Shown here one piece after another: positions 50,094 through 60,700 of a stretch of 64,000 bases of DNA; the first letter of the stretch is position 1, and each line of letters starts with the position of its first letter. The position numbers were made by a program, and so were the translations under genes. The stretch covers positions 401 to 64,400 of the forward strand of contig JAFGJO010000055.1 of NCBI GenBank assembly GCA_016929065.1, in the 5' to 3' direction. Source of the stretch: Spirochaetales bacterium (GTDB taxonomy: Bacteria; Spirochaetota; Spirochaetia; SZUA-6; RPPD01). The notes beneath the pieces are model-generated. The model had not been told where the DNA came from. It ran no database searches and worked only from the letters and a program-made list of their open reading frames with translations.

Positions 50094-50322
50094 ATATTTT
50101 GAGGGATTTTCTTTATTTTCACGATGTACAATATGGAAAGGAAAATAAAGCCGAATTATTCTATTTATATCATATATTGGGTAGAAATTAACAGGAAAAA
50201 CTGCTATATTCTGGCAGATTTATTTTTTATTTGTGATATATTTTTCTATTATGTAGAAAACAGTAGAATAATTTTTATCTACCTTCTAAACAAAATCAAT
50301 TTTTTCAAAAAAGGAGCAATAC

Positions 50323-53307
50323 ATGCGGAAAATCCTGATTCTTCTCATGGGAACAGCACTTATTCTGTTTGCAGCATTTGCCTGTGATCCAAAGACATCC
50401 GGTAAAGATGATATTACGGTTTCAACTGAGTCCTTGGCAAATGGATTTAAAGGCACTGTCTATACACCAGTGCAGCTTGAGGCAGCCGGCGGAGACGATA
50501 CTGCATATTCATGGCAGGTCACCTCCGGGACAATGCCTGCGGGTTTGACGCTTTCAGCAGCCGGAGAGATTTCCGGAACACCAACCGAGGACGGAGAATT
50601 TATCTTCACGGTTCAGGTGAGTGATGCCATAAATAATCCGGGGACACAGGAGCTTTCAATTCAGGTTGACGCCATTGCAATCAGCCCCGCAACACTCACA
50701 GCAGCGCAAAAAGACGAAATATATTCGGCGACGATCAGTGCATCCGGCGGACAGGCTCCCTATACCTTTACACTTGATGCCGGCAACGTTCCCTCCGGTT
50801 TGGGCCTTGCTGTTGACGGTTCAATCACCGGTACGCCGGATACCTTTGAAGTGTGTGATTTTACCGTGCTCGTGACTGACAATAATGGCGCATACAATGA
50901 GCATGATTATACTCTTTCGGTCATTTCCGGTGTTCCCGTCGAGATCGATACCACATCCTGTGCGAACGGGTTTATCAACGGTACGTACTCAGAAACAGTT
51001 TCTGCTTCGGGTGGACAGGGGACCTATACCTGGACAATTTCTGCCGGCACTCTGCCTGCAGGGCTTTCAATAAATCCATCAACCGGTGAAATATCGGGAA
51101 CTCCTTCCAGTGCGGGTTCATCAACCTTTACGGTCCGGGCGACCGATGATGTTGAAACAGCGAACTATGGCGAACAGGAATTCACCATCGTCATCCGCTC
51201 CGCAGTGAGTGTCACCACTACTGTCTGTGATAACGGGTTTGAAGGCGGCTCCTATTCCGAATCCGTCGCGGCAACCGGCGGTTCGGGGACCTATACCTGG
51301 AGCATTGCTTCCGGCGCCCTGCCGACAGGATTGAGCATTAATCCTTCAACCGGTGAAATATCCGGTACCTCATCTGCAGCGGGAACATTCAATTTTACGG
51401 TCAAAGCAGAGGATAGCGAAAACCCGGCGAATTCCGACAATCAGGCATTGTCAATTGTGATTGGTACGGCAGTTTCGATTACCACCGCCACGCTCCCCTC
51501 GGTCGGCGGCAATATCGTGTATTCCGAGACATTGGGTAAAACAGGAGGAAGCGGAAGCTATACATGGTCGATCGATTCAGGATCGCTGCCGCAGGATGTG
51601 ACCCTTGGTTCTTCGAATGGTATTATTTCCGGGTATCCGGGAAAACCGGGGACCTATACATTTACCATTCGCTGTGCAGACAGTGCGAACTCGAATAATT
51701 ATGACACCCAGTCATTATCGATCGAAGTAACCAATTTTGAATGGACCTTGATGATTTACCTTGACGGTGATAATAATCTGGAACCGTTTGCATTCGCAGA
51801 TATCAATGAAATAGAAGCCGCAGACCTCCAGGGATATGGAATTAAAGTGATTGTCGTCATGGATGGAAATGGCGGTTATTACAGCGAGACAAGTGCATTC
51901 AGCGGCACGCGGCTGTATGAAATAACCTATGATTCTGCCGGTGATGCCACAACGACAGGTATACAGTCCACACGGCTCGCATCAACAGCGCTTGGATTGT
52001 CTGCTACCGGCACGCAGGAGCTCAACATGGCAGATCCCGCAACAGCAACAAATTTTATTACGTTTGTAAAATCAAATTATGCAGCCGATGATTATTCTCT
52101 GATTTTCTGGAACCATGGCGACGGGTGGAGGAGTAAATCTGAAGATGAAAAGAAGGATGTCTGGAAAGCTGTCTGTTCTGACGATACATCATCAGATATT
52201 TTATCCACAAAAGAAATCGGTCAGATTGTCTCCGGGCAGGGACTGTCGCTTATCGGGTTTGATGCATGTCTGCTCGGCATGATGGAAGTAGCATACGAAC
52301 TCAAGGCAGATGCCGAAGTCATGGTTGGCTCCGAGGAGAATGAACCGGGTGACGGCTGGGAATATGATACCCTGCTCAATAATTTCAAGGCAAAAGGAAC
52401 AAAAGAGGCAGAAGACCTGGGTGAATCAATTGTCACTGCGTATCAGACACGATACGCGGCGACTGCAGGGACGACTCTTTCTGCTATCAGACTGTCAGAA
52501 ATGGATAATCTGGTTTCAGCCTTGGAAACATTTATAACAGGATGTAACTCGGCAGGGTTTGAAACAGTGTATGCAGCGATAAATTCAGCCGGTTCGGTAC
52601 AGAGATTCGGCGGAGATGGTGAATTTATGTCGCATCTCGATATATGGGACCTTGCAGATACACTTTCTTCTGTTGCGGGAGCAAGTGCATTAAAGACCGC
52701 GGTCGAAGATGCAGTCATACAAAATTTCCATTATGGAACAGCGGTCGCCAATGCGCATGGAATCGCCTTGTATTTTCCGATGAACAATGATGTACTCGGT
52801 GTGCCGTTCCAGGCATACAGCACAGCGTACCTGGATTTTGCAGGAGACGGAAACTGGGATGAGTTTATTCATACAATCTGGCGGGGAAATGACGCGTACG
52901 AACCGAATGACAATTTCCTGATTGCCGCGACAACCATATCTGATGGTATTAACTACAACGCATATATCCAGTTTCCCGGTGATGAAACAACCGAAGTCTG
53001 GGCAGACCAGGATATTTATAAGTTTTATGTTACCGCAAACGGTACATTTACATTCAATCTTTCTGCGAACGGGAACTCGGATATTGACGCAGTCATTCTT
53101 CTTATTCATGAATCGGATACAGGAACTGTTCTCACCGGTGCAGACAGCACCTATATGTACGGCGATGAATCATTTTCGTACAACACAACGACAGGAGCAG
53201 GAACAGGCTGGTATTATGTAATTGTGATGTCCTATGGACTGGATGAATACGACAGAACCGATCCCTATACAATCAATGTGGTGCAGGGAACTGCGACGAT
53301 TCAGTAA
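50323..53307 (+). CDS. Secreted multidomain protease: 5-6 putative-Ig (He_PIG-like) repeats, C11 clostripain-like peptidase, C-terminal PPC domain
   Basis: Repeated ..SASGG.G.YT..L..G.LP.GLS.. units. C11 motifs LMIYLDGDNNLE, His FWNHGDGW and Cys GFDACLLG. PPC-like tail. Confidence 0.8.
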   Translation: MRKILILLMGTALILFAAFACDPKTSGKDDITVSTESLANGFKGTVYTPVQLEAAGGDDTAYSWQVTSGTMPAGLTLSAAGEISGTPTEDGEFIFTVQVSDAINNPGTQELSIQVDAIAISPATLTAAQKDEIYSATISASGGQAPYTFTLDAGNVPSGLGLAVDGSITGTPDTFEVCDFTVLVTDNNGAYNEHDYTLSVISGVPVEIDTTSCANGFINGTYSETVSASGGQGTYTWTISAGTLPAGLSINPSTGEISGTPSSAGSSTFTVRATDDVETANYGEQEFTIVIRSAVSVTTTVCDNGFEGGSYSESVAATGGSGTYTWSIASGALPTGLSINPSTGEISGTSSAAGTFNFTVKAEDSENPANSDNQALSIVIGTAVSITTATLPSVGGNIVYSETLGKTGGSGSYTWSIDSGSLPQDVTLGSSNGIISGYPGKPGTYTFTIRCADSANSNNYDTQSLSIEVTNFEWTLMIYLDGDNNLEPFAFADINEIEAADLQGYGIKVIVVMDGNGGYYSETSAFSGTRLYEITYDSAGDATTTGIQSTRLASTALGLSATGTQELNMADPATATNFITFVKSNYAADDYSLIFWNHGDGWRSKSEDEKKDVWKAVCSDDTSSDILSTKEIGQIVSGQGLSLIGFDACLLGMMEVAYELKADAEVMVGSEENEPGDGWEYDTLLNNFKAKGTKEAEDLGESIVTAYQTRYAATAGTTLSAIRLSEMDNLVSALETFITGCNSAGFETVYAAINSAGSVQRFGGDGEFMSHLDIWDLADTLSSVAGASALKTAVEDAVIQNFHYGTAVANAHGIALYFPMNNDVLGVPFQAYSTAYLDFAGDGNWDEFIHTIWRGNDAYEPNDNFLIAATTISDGINYNAYIQFPGDETTEVWADQDIYKFYVTANGTFTFNLSANGNSDIDAVILLIHESDTGTVLTGADSTYMYGDESFSYNTTTGAGTGWYYVIVMSYGLDEYDRTDPYTINVVQGTATIQ

Positions 53308-53328
53308 AACAAATATTTCTGTTATTAT

Positions 53329-53365
53329 GGGATTAGCCGGAAAATATACCGGCTAATCCTTTTTA
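53329..53365 (+). terminator. Rho-independent terminator
   Basis: ggattagccgg-aaaatata-ccggctaatcc followed by a T-run. Confidence 0.65.
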
Positions 53366-53387
53366 TTTTTTACCGGAGGAACAAACC

Positions 53388-53906
53388 ATGAGAATTCAAA
53401 AACCGCAAAATATTATTTTATTTATTCTTCTGGTTTTTTCCTGCACCAGTGTTGAATCATCGCCCAACGGCCAAAATCATGTGTGGCGCTACGAAATCGA
53501 AATCATCGCTCCCGGCACCCGCAGTGAAGGGCAGATTGGGCATTTGTATCTCAACGATAAAGAAATTCCTGCTGTATTTGATTCTATCATTATCGGAGAA
53601 ACTGAATATATTTTTATCATGCGGGAATACCTGTGGGGATTCGGCGGATATAAAATTGTTGATGAAAACAGGAAAATGGTATCCATCAGTTCGCATTCTG
53701 TGGCGGCTGATGAATTGCAAAAAGGTTATTACCCGGCTCCTTTTTTAATGAAAAAGAAAGACACACCCCTGGAATGGGTCTGGGTGAAACGCGATACCCT
53801 GGAAGCATTTGTGAACCCGGTAATTCTACCGGAATTTATCCAGGAGTTTGGGCTTACACAATTATCCCCTTTCCGGGATGCATTGCGAAAAGATTTTGAA
53901 AAATAA
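53388..53906 (+). CDS. Hypothetical lipoprotein
   Basis: Signal and lipobox LVFSC. Confidence 0.5.
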   Translation: MRIQKPQNIILFILLVFSCTSVESSPNGQNHVWRYEIEIIAPGTRSEGQIGHLYLNDKEIPAVFDSIIIGETEYIFIMREYLWGFGGYKIVDENRKMVSISSHSVAADELQKGYYPAPFLMKKKDTPLEWVWVKRDTLEAFVNPVILPEFIQEFGLTQLSPFRDALRKDFEK

Positions 53907-53921
53907 CCATTCCGGATACCT

Positions 53922-54626
53922 GTGCAGAAACAAATGATAACCAATATTATTTTTGATTTTTTTGGCACTCTGGTTGACTATTCAGCAGAGAGAAATCTGG
54001 CGGTTGTCAGTACGTCTCACGATTATCTGCGTGAACTGGGTTTTTCCATTGACAAAGACCGGTATATAGAGGAATTTGACCGCTGTTTTATTGAACTTGA
54101 ACAGAAAGCAATCAACAGTAAAACCGAATTCCATATGGAAGAGCTGGGCAAATATTTTTTTAAAAGCTGTTTTGATTATGATGTTGCAGAGGAACAAAAT
54201 AAAAAATTTGTTGAAGAATATATTCAAAACTGGAATATACAAACCATCTTCCTGGAAAACATCAAGTCGTTTATCAAAGCGTGTGCTGCAAAATACAGAC
54301 TGAGTATTTTGTCAAACACTCATTATCCCCCGTTAATTCATGAAAATCTGAAAGCGATGAAAATAGCTCAAAATTTTTTCCGTGTATATACGTCTGTTGA
54401 AATTGGAATTCGCAAGCCGAACAGGGAAATATTTTTACAGACTTTGGATGATTTGAAAATCAAGCCAGCCCAGGCTGTTTTTATCGGTGACAATTACCAT
54501 GATGACTATCTTGGAGCATTGTCGGTTGAGTTGAAATGTTTCCTGATCGACAAAGACAAAAAGTACAACGGCCTTGTACAAAACCGTCTTGACCATCTGT
54601 TTGATTTTTTAACAGTATCTCTCTAA
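53922..54626 (+). CDS. HAD-IA family hydrolase
   Basis: Motif I DFFGTLVD. Motif IV GDNYHDD. Confidence 0.7.
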   Translation: MQKQMITNIIFDFFGTLVDYSAERNLAVVSTSHDYLRELGFSIDKDRYIEEFDRCFIELEQKAINSKTEFHMEELGKYFFKSCFDYDVAEEQNKKFVEEYIQNWNIQTIFLENIKSFIKACAAKYRLSILSNTHYPPLIHENLKAMKIAQNFFRVYTSVEIGIRKPNREIFLQTLDDLKIKPAQAVFIGDNYHDDYLGALSVELKCFLIDKDKKYNGLVQNRLDHLFDFLTVSL

Positions 54627-54650
54627 AAACCGGCTATTGTGAATGAAATC

Positions 54651-55328
54651 TCATGCATGAAGTATTGTTTTTTCCATAAGCTGCCACAGCACATCCTTTG
54701 GAGGTGCGGCAGTAATTTTGACAATGGTTCCGGTAGAGGGGTGGCAAAACTCGAGAAGCCGTGCATGCAGATGAATGCTCCGGTCATGATTCTTGCGGCG
54801 GGCGCCGTATTTTATGTCTCCCTTGATCATTGCCCCAATTGCAGCAAGCTGTGTCCGAATCTGGTGATGGCGGCCGGTGACAAGCCGGATTTCAAGAAAT
54901 GTATACCGGTCGCTTTTCCCGATCACAGTATAATTCAACTCCGCCTTTTTCCCGGTGCTTTCCGCCACATACGATTTGTTTTTTGACTTGTTTGTGTCAA
55001 TGAAATGGATAAGGGTATCAGTCTGTTTCGGCGGGGAATCCACAGTAATTGCCCAGTAGATTTTTTTTATTTTTCGTTCCCGAAAAAGCAGGCCGAACTG
55101 CTCGGCAGCCGCAGGAGTTTTTGCAAATAATACAATGCCGCTTGCAGGCCGGTCCAGCCGGTGAACAGGTTCCAGAAATGGTGCAGGCGATATCCCGGCA
55201 GCCAGCCTCCCGGTAAGCAGGTCCTTTAATGACGGATCACCGGTTTTGTCCGGGAGCACATTCATACACGGGGGTTTGTTGAGTATACAAATATATTCGT
55301 CCTCATACAGAAACGTCTCATTAATCAT
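54651..55328 (-). CDS. RluA-family pseudouridine synthase
   Basis: HRLDRPASGIVLFAK catalytic motif. Confidence 0.85.
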   Translation of the reverse strand: MINETFLYEDEYICILNKPPCMNVLPDKTGDPSLKDLLTGRLAAGISPAPFLEPVHRLDRPASGIVLFAKTPAAAEQFGLLFRERKIKKIYWAITVDSPPKQTDTLIHFIDTNKSKNKSYVAESTGKKAELNYTVIGKSDRYTFLEIRLVTGRHHQIRTQLAAIGAMIKGDIKYGARRKNHDRSIHLHARLLEFCHPSTGTIVKITAAPPKDVLWQLMEKTILHA

Positions 55329-55406
55329 TATTGCATTCTACAGTAACGGAAAAAATGATTGCATTACAACCGGTTTTGAAAATAATTTGATATACAGAGG
55401 AATGTT

Positions 55407-56732
55407 ATGAAAAAAAACAAGCATCATGAGAAAGCCTGGGTGGTGAGTGTCCGGATGGGCCTTGGGCATCAGCGGGCAGCCTTTGCACTTGCCCATCTGG
55501 CAGGTGACGGCGTGCTCAATGTCGGAGAACCAGTTACCTGTGAACCCGACGAACTCAAATTGTGGCATAATATTACCAATGGATATGAGACCATTTCCCG
55601 GATGAAAAATGTGCCGATTATCGGGAACGGGTTATTTAATCTGATGAATGCCCTTCTGTATATTCCGCCGTTTTACCCGATCCGGGATCTTTCAAAACCG
55701 AACATGCAGGCGAAGTTTATCCGGGGATATCTCGAAAAGGGAATGGGGAAAAAACTGATGGAAATTGTGGAAACAAGACCGCTTCCCATGATTTCCACCT
55801 ATTTTGTTCCATCTTTGATTGCCGATTTTTACAATTACAGCCGGAACTATTGCGTGGTCACCGATGCGGAAATAAACCGCGCATGGGTTCCGGTTGATCC
55901 GACGGCCAGTAAAACAATCTATCTTGCCCCGTGCAGCAGAGCCATGAACCGCCTCAAGGAATACGGGGTGCGTGATGACAAAATATTTCTCACCGGATTT
56001 CCCATTCCCCGCGAGCTTTTGGGCAGTGAAAAACTTGAAATACTGCTTCCGGACCTGGGCCAAAGGCTTCGTCAGCTTGATCCCGAAAACAGGTTCTGGC
56101 CTTTGCACGGCAGCAGTGTGGAACATTTTATCGGCCATCGCAATGTCCGTCAAAAAATGAAACGGCCGCTGACCATATTGTATGCAGTGGGCGGGGCGGG
56201 CGCCTTGTGGGAAACAGGGCTTGCCGCGGTAAAAAGCCTGAAAAAACAGATTATGAGAAAAGAGCTCCGGTTTGCATTGGCACCCGGTGTGCGGCCGGAA
56301 ATCTACAACAAATATGTCGAGGGGCTCCATGAATTGCGCATTCCACGCGAGCTGGTCCCGATCATTTACTCCCCGGATACAGTTAATTATTTCGAACTGT
56401 TCACCCGTTTTATCCGCGAAACCGATATTCTGTGGACAAAACCCAGTGAACTGGTTTTCTACAGCGCATTGGGACTGCCGATTATCATGACCGAACCGGT
56501 TGGTGCACAGGAAGAGTATAATAAAAAATGGCTTCTTGAGATACAGGCCGGCATGTCACAGGAAGATCCTGCGTATGCGAACGAGTGGCTGCTGGATTTG
56601 CTTCATTTTGGGAGATTTGCCGAAAGCGCCTGGGACGGTTTTTTGAAAGCCAGAAAATTCGGTATTTATAAAATAGAAGAAATCCTGCGGACGGGTACCA
56701 TGATTCGGGAGTCGTCTCCGCTTCGTCGATAA
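55407..56732 (+). CDS. Hypothetical GT-B-fold glycosyltransferase-like protein
   Basis: N-terminal GLGHQRAAFALAHL resembles the GT1/GT28 G-loop. Weak. Confidence 0.45.
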   Translation: MKKNKHHEKAWVVSVRMGLGHQRAAFALAHLAGDGVLNVGEPVTCEPDELKLWHNITNGYETISRMKNVPIIGNGLFNLMNALLYIPPFYPIRDLSKPNMQAKFIRGYLEKGMGKKLMEIVETRPLPMISTYFVPSLIADFYNYSRNYCVVTDAEINRAWVPVDPTASKTIYLAPCSRAMNRLKEYGVRDDKIFLTGFPIPRELLGSEKLEILLPDLGQRLRQLDPENRFWPLHGSSVEHFIGHRNVRQKMKRPLTILYAVGGAGALWETGLAAVKSLKKQIMRKELRFALAPGVRPEIYNKYVEGLHELRIPRELVPIIYSPDTVNYFELFTRFIRETDILWTKPSELVFYSALGLPIIMTEPVGAQEEYNKKWLLEIQAGMSQEDPAYANEWLLDLLHFGRFAESAWDGFLKARKFGIYKIEEILRTGTMIRESSPLRR

Positions 56733-56792
56733 AGAAATTATTTGGTGAGAGCCTGTTATTTATGAAAAAACCTGTTATAATTGAAGGTATAT

Positions 56793-58769
56793 ATGAATAA
56801 AATACCCAATAATCCATACATCGTTGGAAATCCGATCAAAACAAAGGAGATGTTTTTCGGACGCGAAGACGATTTCATGTTTGTCACCCGAAAAGTGGGT
56901 GTTGAAAAGGCGAACCAGGTTATTATTTTCTGCGGTGAGCGTCGATCGGGAAAAACGTCAATTCTGTTTCAAATTCTTTCCGGACAGCTGGGTGAGTTTT
57001 TTTTGCCGATTCTTGTTGATATGCAGATCCTTGCCGGGCTGAAAAGCGATTTGGAGTTTTTTCGGGCAGTGCTTGAGGTGGGATGTGAGAGCCTGAAGAT
57101 ACCGGGACTCACGCTTGAAGCTGTGGAAAAGGAAGCGCGCGAAAAAACCGTGGAAAGAATTTTTGAGGCATTTCTGGCTTTTGTTGCCAAATCCTGTCCC
57201 GGAAAGGTTGTTTTGTTTTTGCTTGATGAATATGAGCTTATCGAGGCGAAAATAAAGGAAGGGAGCTTGAGTGAATCGGTCATTCATTACCTTTCGGGAG
57301 TGCTTGAGAGCAAATACAGGATTTCATTTATTTTTACCGGCTCAACCAACCTGGAAAACAGAAAAGTCGATTACTGGAAATCATTGCTCGGAAAATCCAT
57401 TTATCGGAAAATATCATATTTATCAGAACATGACACCCGGAGGCTGATCACCGAGCCTCTGAAAAACCATATTGATTACCCGGATGAAGTAATTGACCGG
57501 ATTTACCGGCTCACCGGCGGACAGCCCTTTTATACACAGGTAATGTGCCAGAATCTTGTTGACATTCTCATGGAAGAAGGCCGGAATGATCCGGAAAAAA
57601 AAGATCTCGAATCGGTTGTGAAGGATATTATCGAGAATCCGCTGCCGCAGATGATCTATTCATGGAACAGCCTTGGGGACTGGATAAAATTTACCATGTC
57701 CTCTCTTGCCGGAGCGTGTCACACCTCAAAAGACTGGGCGGATGCACAGTCGGTGTATCAGTATCTTTCCAAAAGTAAAATCGCCCTGACGTTTAAACGG
57801 GAACGGCTGAATGTGTTTCTGGAGGAAGCGTATCAAAAAGAATTTCTGCAGAAAAACGATCAGAGCGAATACTGTTTTAAAATGGATTTGTACCGCCGGT
57901 GGATCCGCAAGGAACATTCGATATGGAAAGTGATCAAGGAAGTCAAACTGGAGATAAAAAAATCGGCGGGAATTAAAAAGATCGTCGCGATCGCGGCGGC
58001 GGCGGGGATCCTTGTCGGGATCGGCATCGTGATTACATTCATTATTATTAATGGCGGCTCACAGCATGCGGTCACTGTAGAAGACGGTCAAATTCGCGGT
58101 TTGAAGGTCATTTCAAACCAGGCGCCGTTCCAGGTGATGATTGATGATGCCCTTACGGTTACCAGCCAGGGGCTGGAAAACGAAAAGGAACTCGTTCTGC
58201 CCCCGCTTTTGCCGGGAAAGCATGTTTTTGTGTATCAGAATCCACGGACCAAAGAGCGCAGAGTGGATACTGTTGAAATCAAGGCAGGTATGAATGATCT
58301 CTCTATCCGGTTTCTGCAGGAAGATCCCGGTTCGAATATGTCAGCAGATGCAGGGTCATTGTTTGTGTCCTCCTCTCCGGACGGAGCAAAAATATATATC
58401 GATGGGAAATATCATGCTACATCTCCCAAAGTGATCAGCAATATCACGGCAGGCCGGCACAAAGTAACCGTTGAGCGCGAAGGGTACAGAACGGAAGAGT
58501 TCTGGGTTGATGTAACTGTTCAGGGAATCACCGAACGTAAAATACAACTATCCCCTGTTTATGGTTATGTGTCTTTTAAGATACTCCCCACGGCAAAAAT
58601 ATATCTTGACGGTGCATTTTTGGTTGAAGTACCCATTGTCGAGCCGAGCCGGATACAAACCGGAAAACATACTCTGACAATTGTCAATGAAAGTATGGGA
58701 TACCGGGAGGATATTCCCATTGTTGTCAAAGAGGGAGAGACAGTTCCCATCGAAAGGAAATTGCGATGA
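56793..58769 (+). CDS. Membrane-spanning P-loop NTPase: cytoplasmic archaeal-ATPase (PF01637)-like module, one TM, two periplasmic PEGA domains
   Basis: FFGREDDF followed by Walker A GERRSGKTSIL and Walker B LLDEYE. TM segment IVAIAAAAGILVGIGIVITFIII. PEGA patterns (..PDGAKIYIDGK...G.HKVTVEREGY). Confidence 0.75.
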   Translation: MNKIPNNPYIVGNPIKTKEMFFGREDDFMFVTRKVGVEKANQVIIFCGERRSGKTSILFQILSGQLGEFFLPILVDMQILAGLKSDLEFFRAVLEVGCESLKIPGLTLEAVEKEAREKTVERIFEAFLAFVAKSCPGKVVLFLLDEYELIEAKIKEGSLSESVIHYLSGVLESKYRISFIFTGSTNLENRKVDYWKSLLGKSIYRKISYLSEHDTRRLITEPLKNHIDYPDEVIDRIYRLTGGQPFYTQVMCQNLVDILMEEGRNDPEKKDLESVVKDIIENPLPQMIYSWNSLGDWIKFTMSSLAGACHTSKDWADAQSVYQYLSKSKIALTFKRERLNVFLEEAYQKEFLQKNDQSEYCFKMDLYRRWIRKEHSIWKVIKEVKLEIKKSAGIKKIVAIAAAAGILVGIGIVITFIIINGGSQHAVTVEDGQIRGLKVISNQAPFQVMIDDALTVTSQGLENEKELVLPPLLPGKHVFVYQNPRTKERRVDTVEIKAGMNDLSIRFLQEDPGSNMSADAGSLFVSSSPDGAKIYIDGKYHATSPKVISNITAGRHKVTVEREGYRTEEFWVDVTVQGITERKIQLSPVYGYVSFKILPTAKIYLDGAFLVEVPIVEPSRIQTGKHTLTIVNESMGYREDIPIVVKEGETVPIERKLR

Positions 58770-59683
58770 ATGAGATGTTGAATAAAAAAATATTTTTTTT
58801 TCTTGTTGTATTTTTTATTTCAGTTTTATCAATATCTGCTCAGGAACCCGTTTCTGCAATAACCGGAACAGCGGAGCGGGTTAATCAAATTCAGCAGTTG
58901 TATCGAAGTGCAGAGTATGCACAATGTCTTCAGCTTATTGATACTGCGATCAAACAGCATGAGGACGGCAGTGTGGGACTCCCCTTTTTTCAGCTGGCGC
59001 GGGTCTATATATTCAAAGCGCTTGTTGTCTATGCATACCGTGAAGAGGGGTTTCAGGAAACCGTAAAGGAATTACTCCTGAAAGCGGTTTCTACTGATAT
59101 CAATTTTGAATTTGATGATTATGCAATTATCCCGACGTACATTGTCGATATGTTTGTAAAAATAAAACGCGAGTATCTGGAGCAGTTTTCAAAAACCACA
59201 CGCCGGCACACGCTTGGTGTGTACGGTTCGTTGACCGCACTGCCGACACTTCTTGATAATCCGGAATATTTAAAGCCGGGGATTCATTATTCATTCAATT
59301 TTTCAGAGTCCTTTATGCTGCTCGCCGATGTTGAATTCCCCGCATCCGGAAATATCTTCAACACTATTATGGGGCGTGCAGGGGTTATCTGGTTCCCCTC
59401 ATTTAAAATCGAAACAGTATCGATGGGGCTCGGAATGATGTATGCAATGAGAGTTGAGCGCAATGCGAATACACTTCATGTTTTTTCTGTAGAAGGATAC
59501 GGGGAACTGATTTTACGGTTTGGGTTGGGGTTGGCTGCCAGCATCGAGCTGGTCCGCTTTGACCTGAGTGTTGGAGATTACCCGAGCAATTTTAGCAGCG
59601 GTGGTGCAGTCAGTTTTTTTCAGAGTGACTCTGCTCAGCTCTCGTTTGCCAATTTGCGCATATACATATTTTTTACATTTTAA
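58766..59683 (+). CDS. Secreted protein with C-terminal outer-membrane beta-barrel-like region
   Basis: ATGA overlap with the upstream gene. Signal peptide. C-terminal amphipathic strands ending ...IFFTF. Confidence 0.55.
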   Translation: MNEMLNKKIFFFLVVFFISVLSISAQEPVSAITGTAERVNQIQQLYRSAEYAQCLQLIDTAIKQHEDGSVGLPFFQLARVYIFKALVVYAYREEGFQETVKELLLKAVSTDINFEFDDYAIIPTYIVDMFVKIKREYLEQFSKTTRRHTLGVYGSLTALPTLLDNPEYLKPGIHYSFNFSESFMLLADVEFPASGNIFNTIMGRAGVIWFPSFKIETVSMGLGMMYAMRVERNANTLHVFSVEGYGELILRFGLGLAASIELVRFDLSVGDYPSNFSSGGAVSFFQSDSAQLSFANLRIYIFFTF

Positions 59684-59692
59684 GGAGCAGCC

Positions 59693-60694
59693 ATGGTAAA
59701 TCCGGAACTGCCGGTTGTCGATCCGAATCAGTTTATCGGCCAGCGGAGTACTGTCAGAAGAATCTTTTCCCGAATCGGCGCCGAGCGTCCCCAGTCGGTG
59801 GCTGTCATTGGCGGGCGAAAGATTGGAAAAAGTTCCCTGCTGAATTATTTGAATACTGCACAGGCCCAGCAAGAAAATTTAACTGATTTGGAAAATTATA
59901 TTTTTCTTCACTTTTCTCCCCAAAATGACCCTGAGTTGAGTGTCGATGTTCTCCTGCACCGGATCCTTCTCGATCTGGGTGCGACAAACGGGGGGAATGA
60001 AAGTCTTTATACAACGCTGCAAAGGACTGTTGAACAGCTGCATCATTCGGGAAAGAAAATTGTTTTCATGTTTGATGATTTTCATAATACAACGACCAAT
60101 GAAAATTTTCCCCTTGAGTTTTTTTCGTTTCTGCGGTCGCTGGCAAATAATTATAACCTTGCGTATGTTACCAGTTCCTATCTTGAACTGCAGAAGCTGT
60201 GTGTGGCAAAAGATATAGAAGAATCTCCGTTTTTCAATATTTTTACAAACGTACCTGTCGGACTCTTAAAACACGACGAGGCTGCAAGCCTTTTTTCCCG
60301 ACTTACCGGGCTGGATGAGCAGGAAGTTGAACGTGTCGTTACATGGTGCGGTCCGTCCCCGTATGTAGTGAAACTGATCGCTTCCCGGATTAATGATGCG
60401 GTGTTAAACCTGAATAATCTGGAAAAAGAATTTTTACCGCTTCTTTCAGACTATTTTACCATGATTGTATCTGTTGTTCCCCGGGCTGCATTCAAGCCGT
60501 TAAAAGAACTCGTAAAAGGAAAACAGCCCGGGCAGCACGAATCGTATCTTCTCCAGCCGCTTGTCCGGCACCGGTTTCTTGAGGAAGATGAAGACCAGAT
60601 CATGTTTTTCTCGGAGGCATTCAAGCTTTTTATCATGAAAAAGCTGACACCGGAAATGCTTGTCGGCCACGAGAATAAAACCAGACAGGAGTAA
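59693..60694 (+). CDS. Stand-alone paralogous archaeal-ATPase-like P-loop NTPase
   Basis: FIGQRSTV...GGRKIGKSSLLNYL, FMFDDFH, SPFFNIFT, C-terminal winged-helix-like tail. aaGGAG RBS. Confidence 0.7.
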   Translation: MVNPELPVVDPNQFIGQRSTVRRIFSRIGAERPQSVAVIGGRKIGKSSLLNYLNTAQAQQENLTDLENYIFLHFSPQNDPELSVDVLLHRILLDLGATNGGNESLYTTLQRTVEQLHHSGKKIVFMFDDFHNTTTNENFPLEFFSFLRSLANNYNLAYVTSSYLELQKLCVAKDIEESPFFNIFTNVPVGLLKHDEAASLFSRLTGLDEQEVERVVTWCGPSPYVVKLIASRINDAVLNLNNLEKEFLPLLSDYFTMIVSVVPRAAFKPLKELVKGKQPGQHESYLLQPLVRHRFLEEDEDQIMFFSEAFKLFIMKKLTPEMLVGHENKTRQE

Positions 60695-60700
60695 CAGGCA

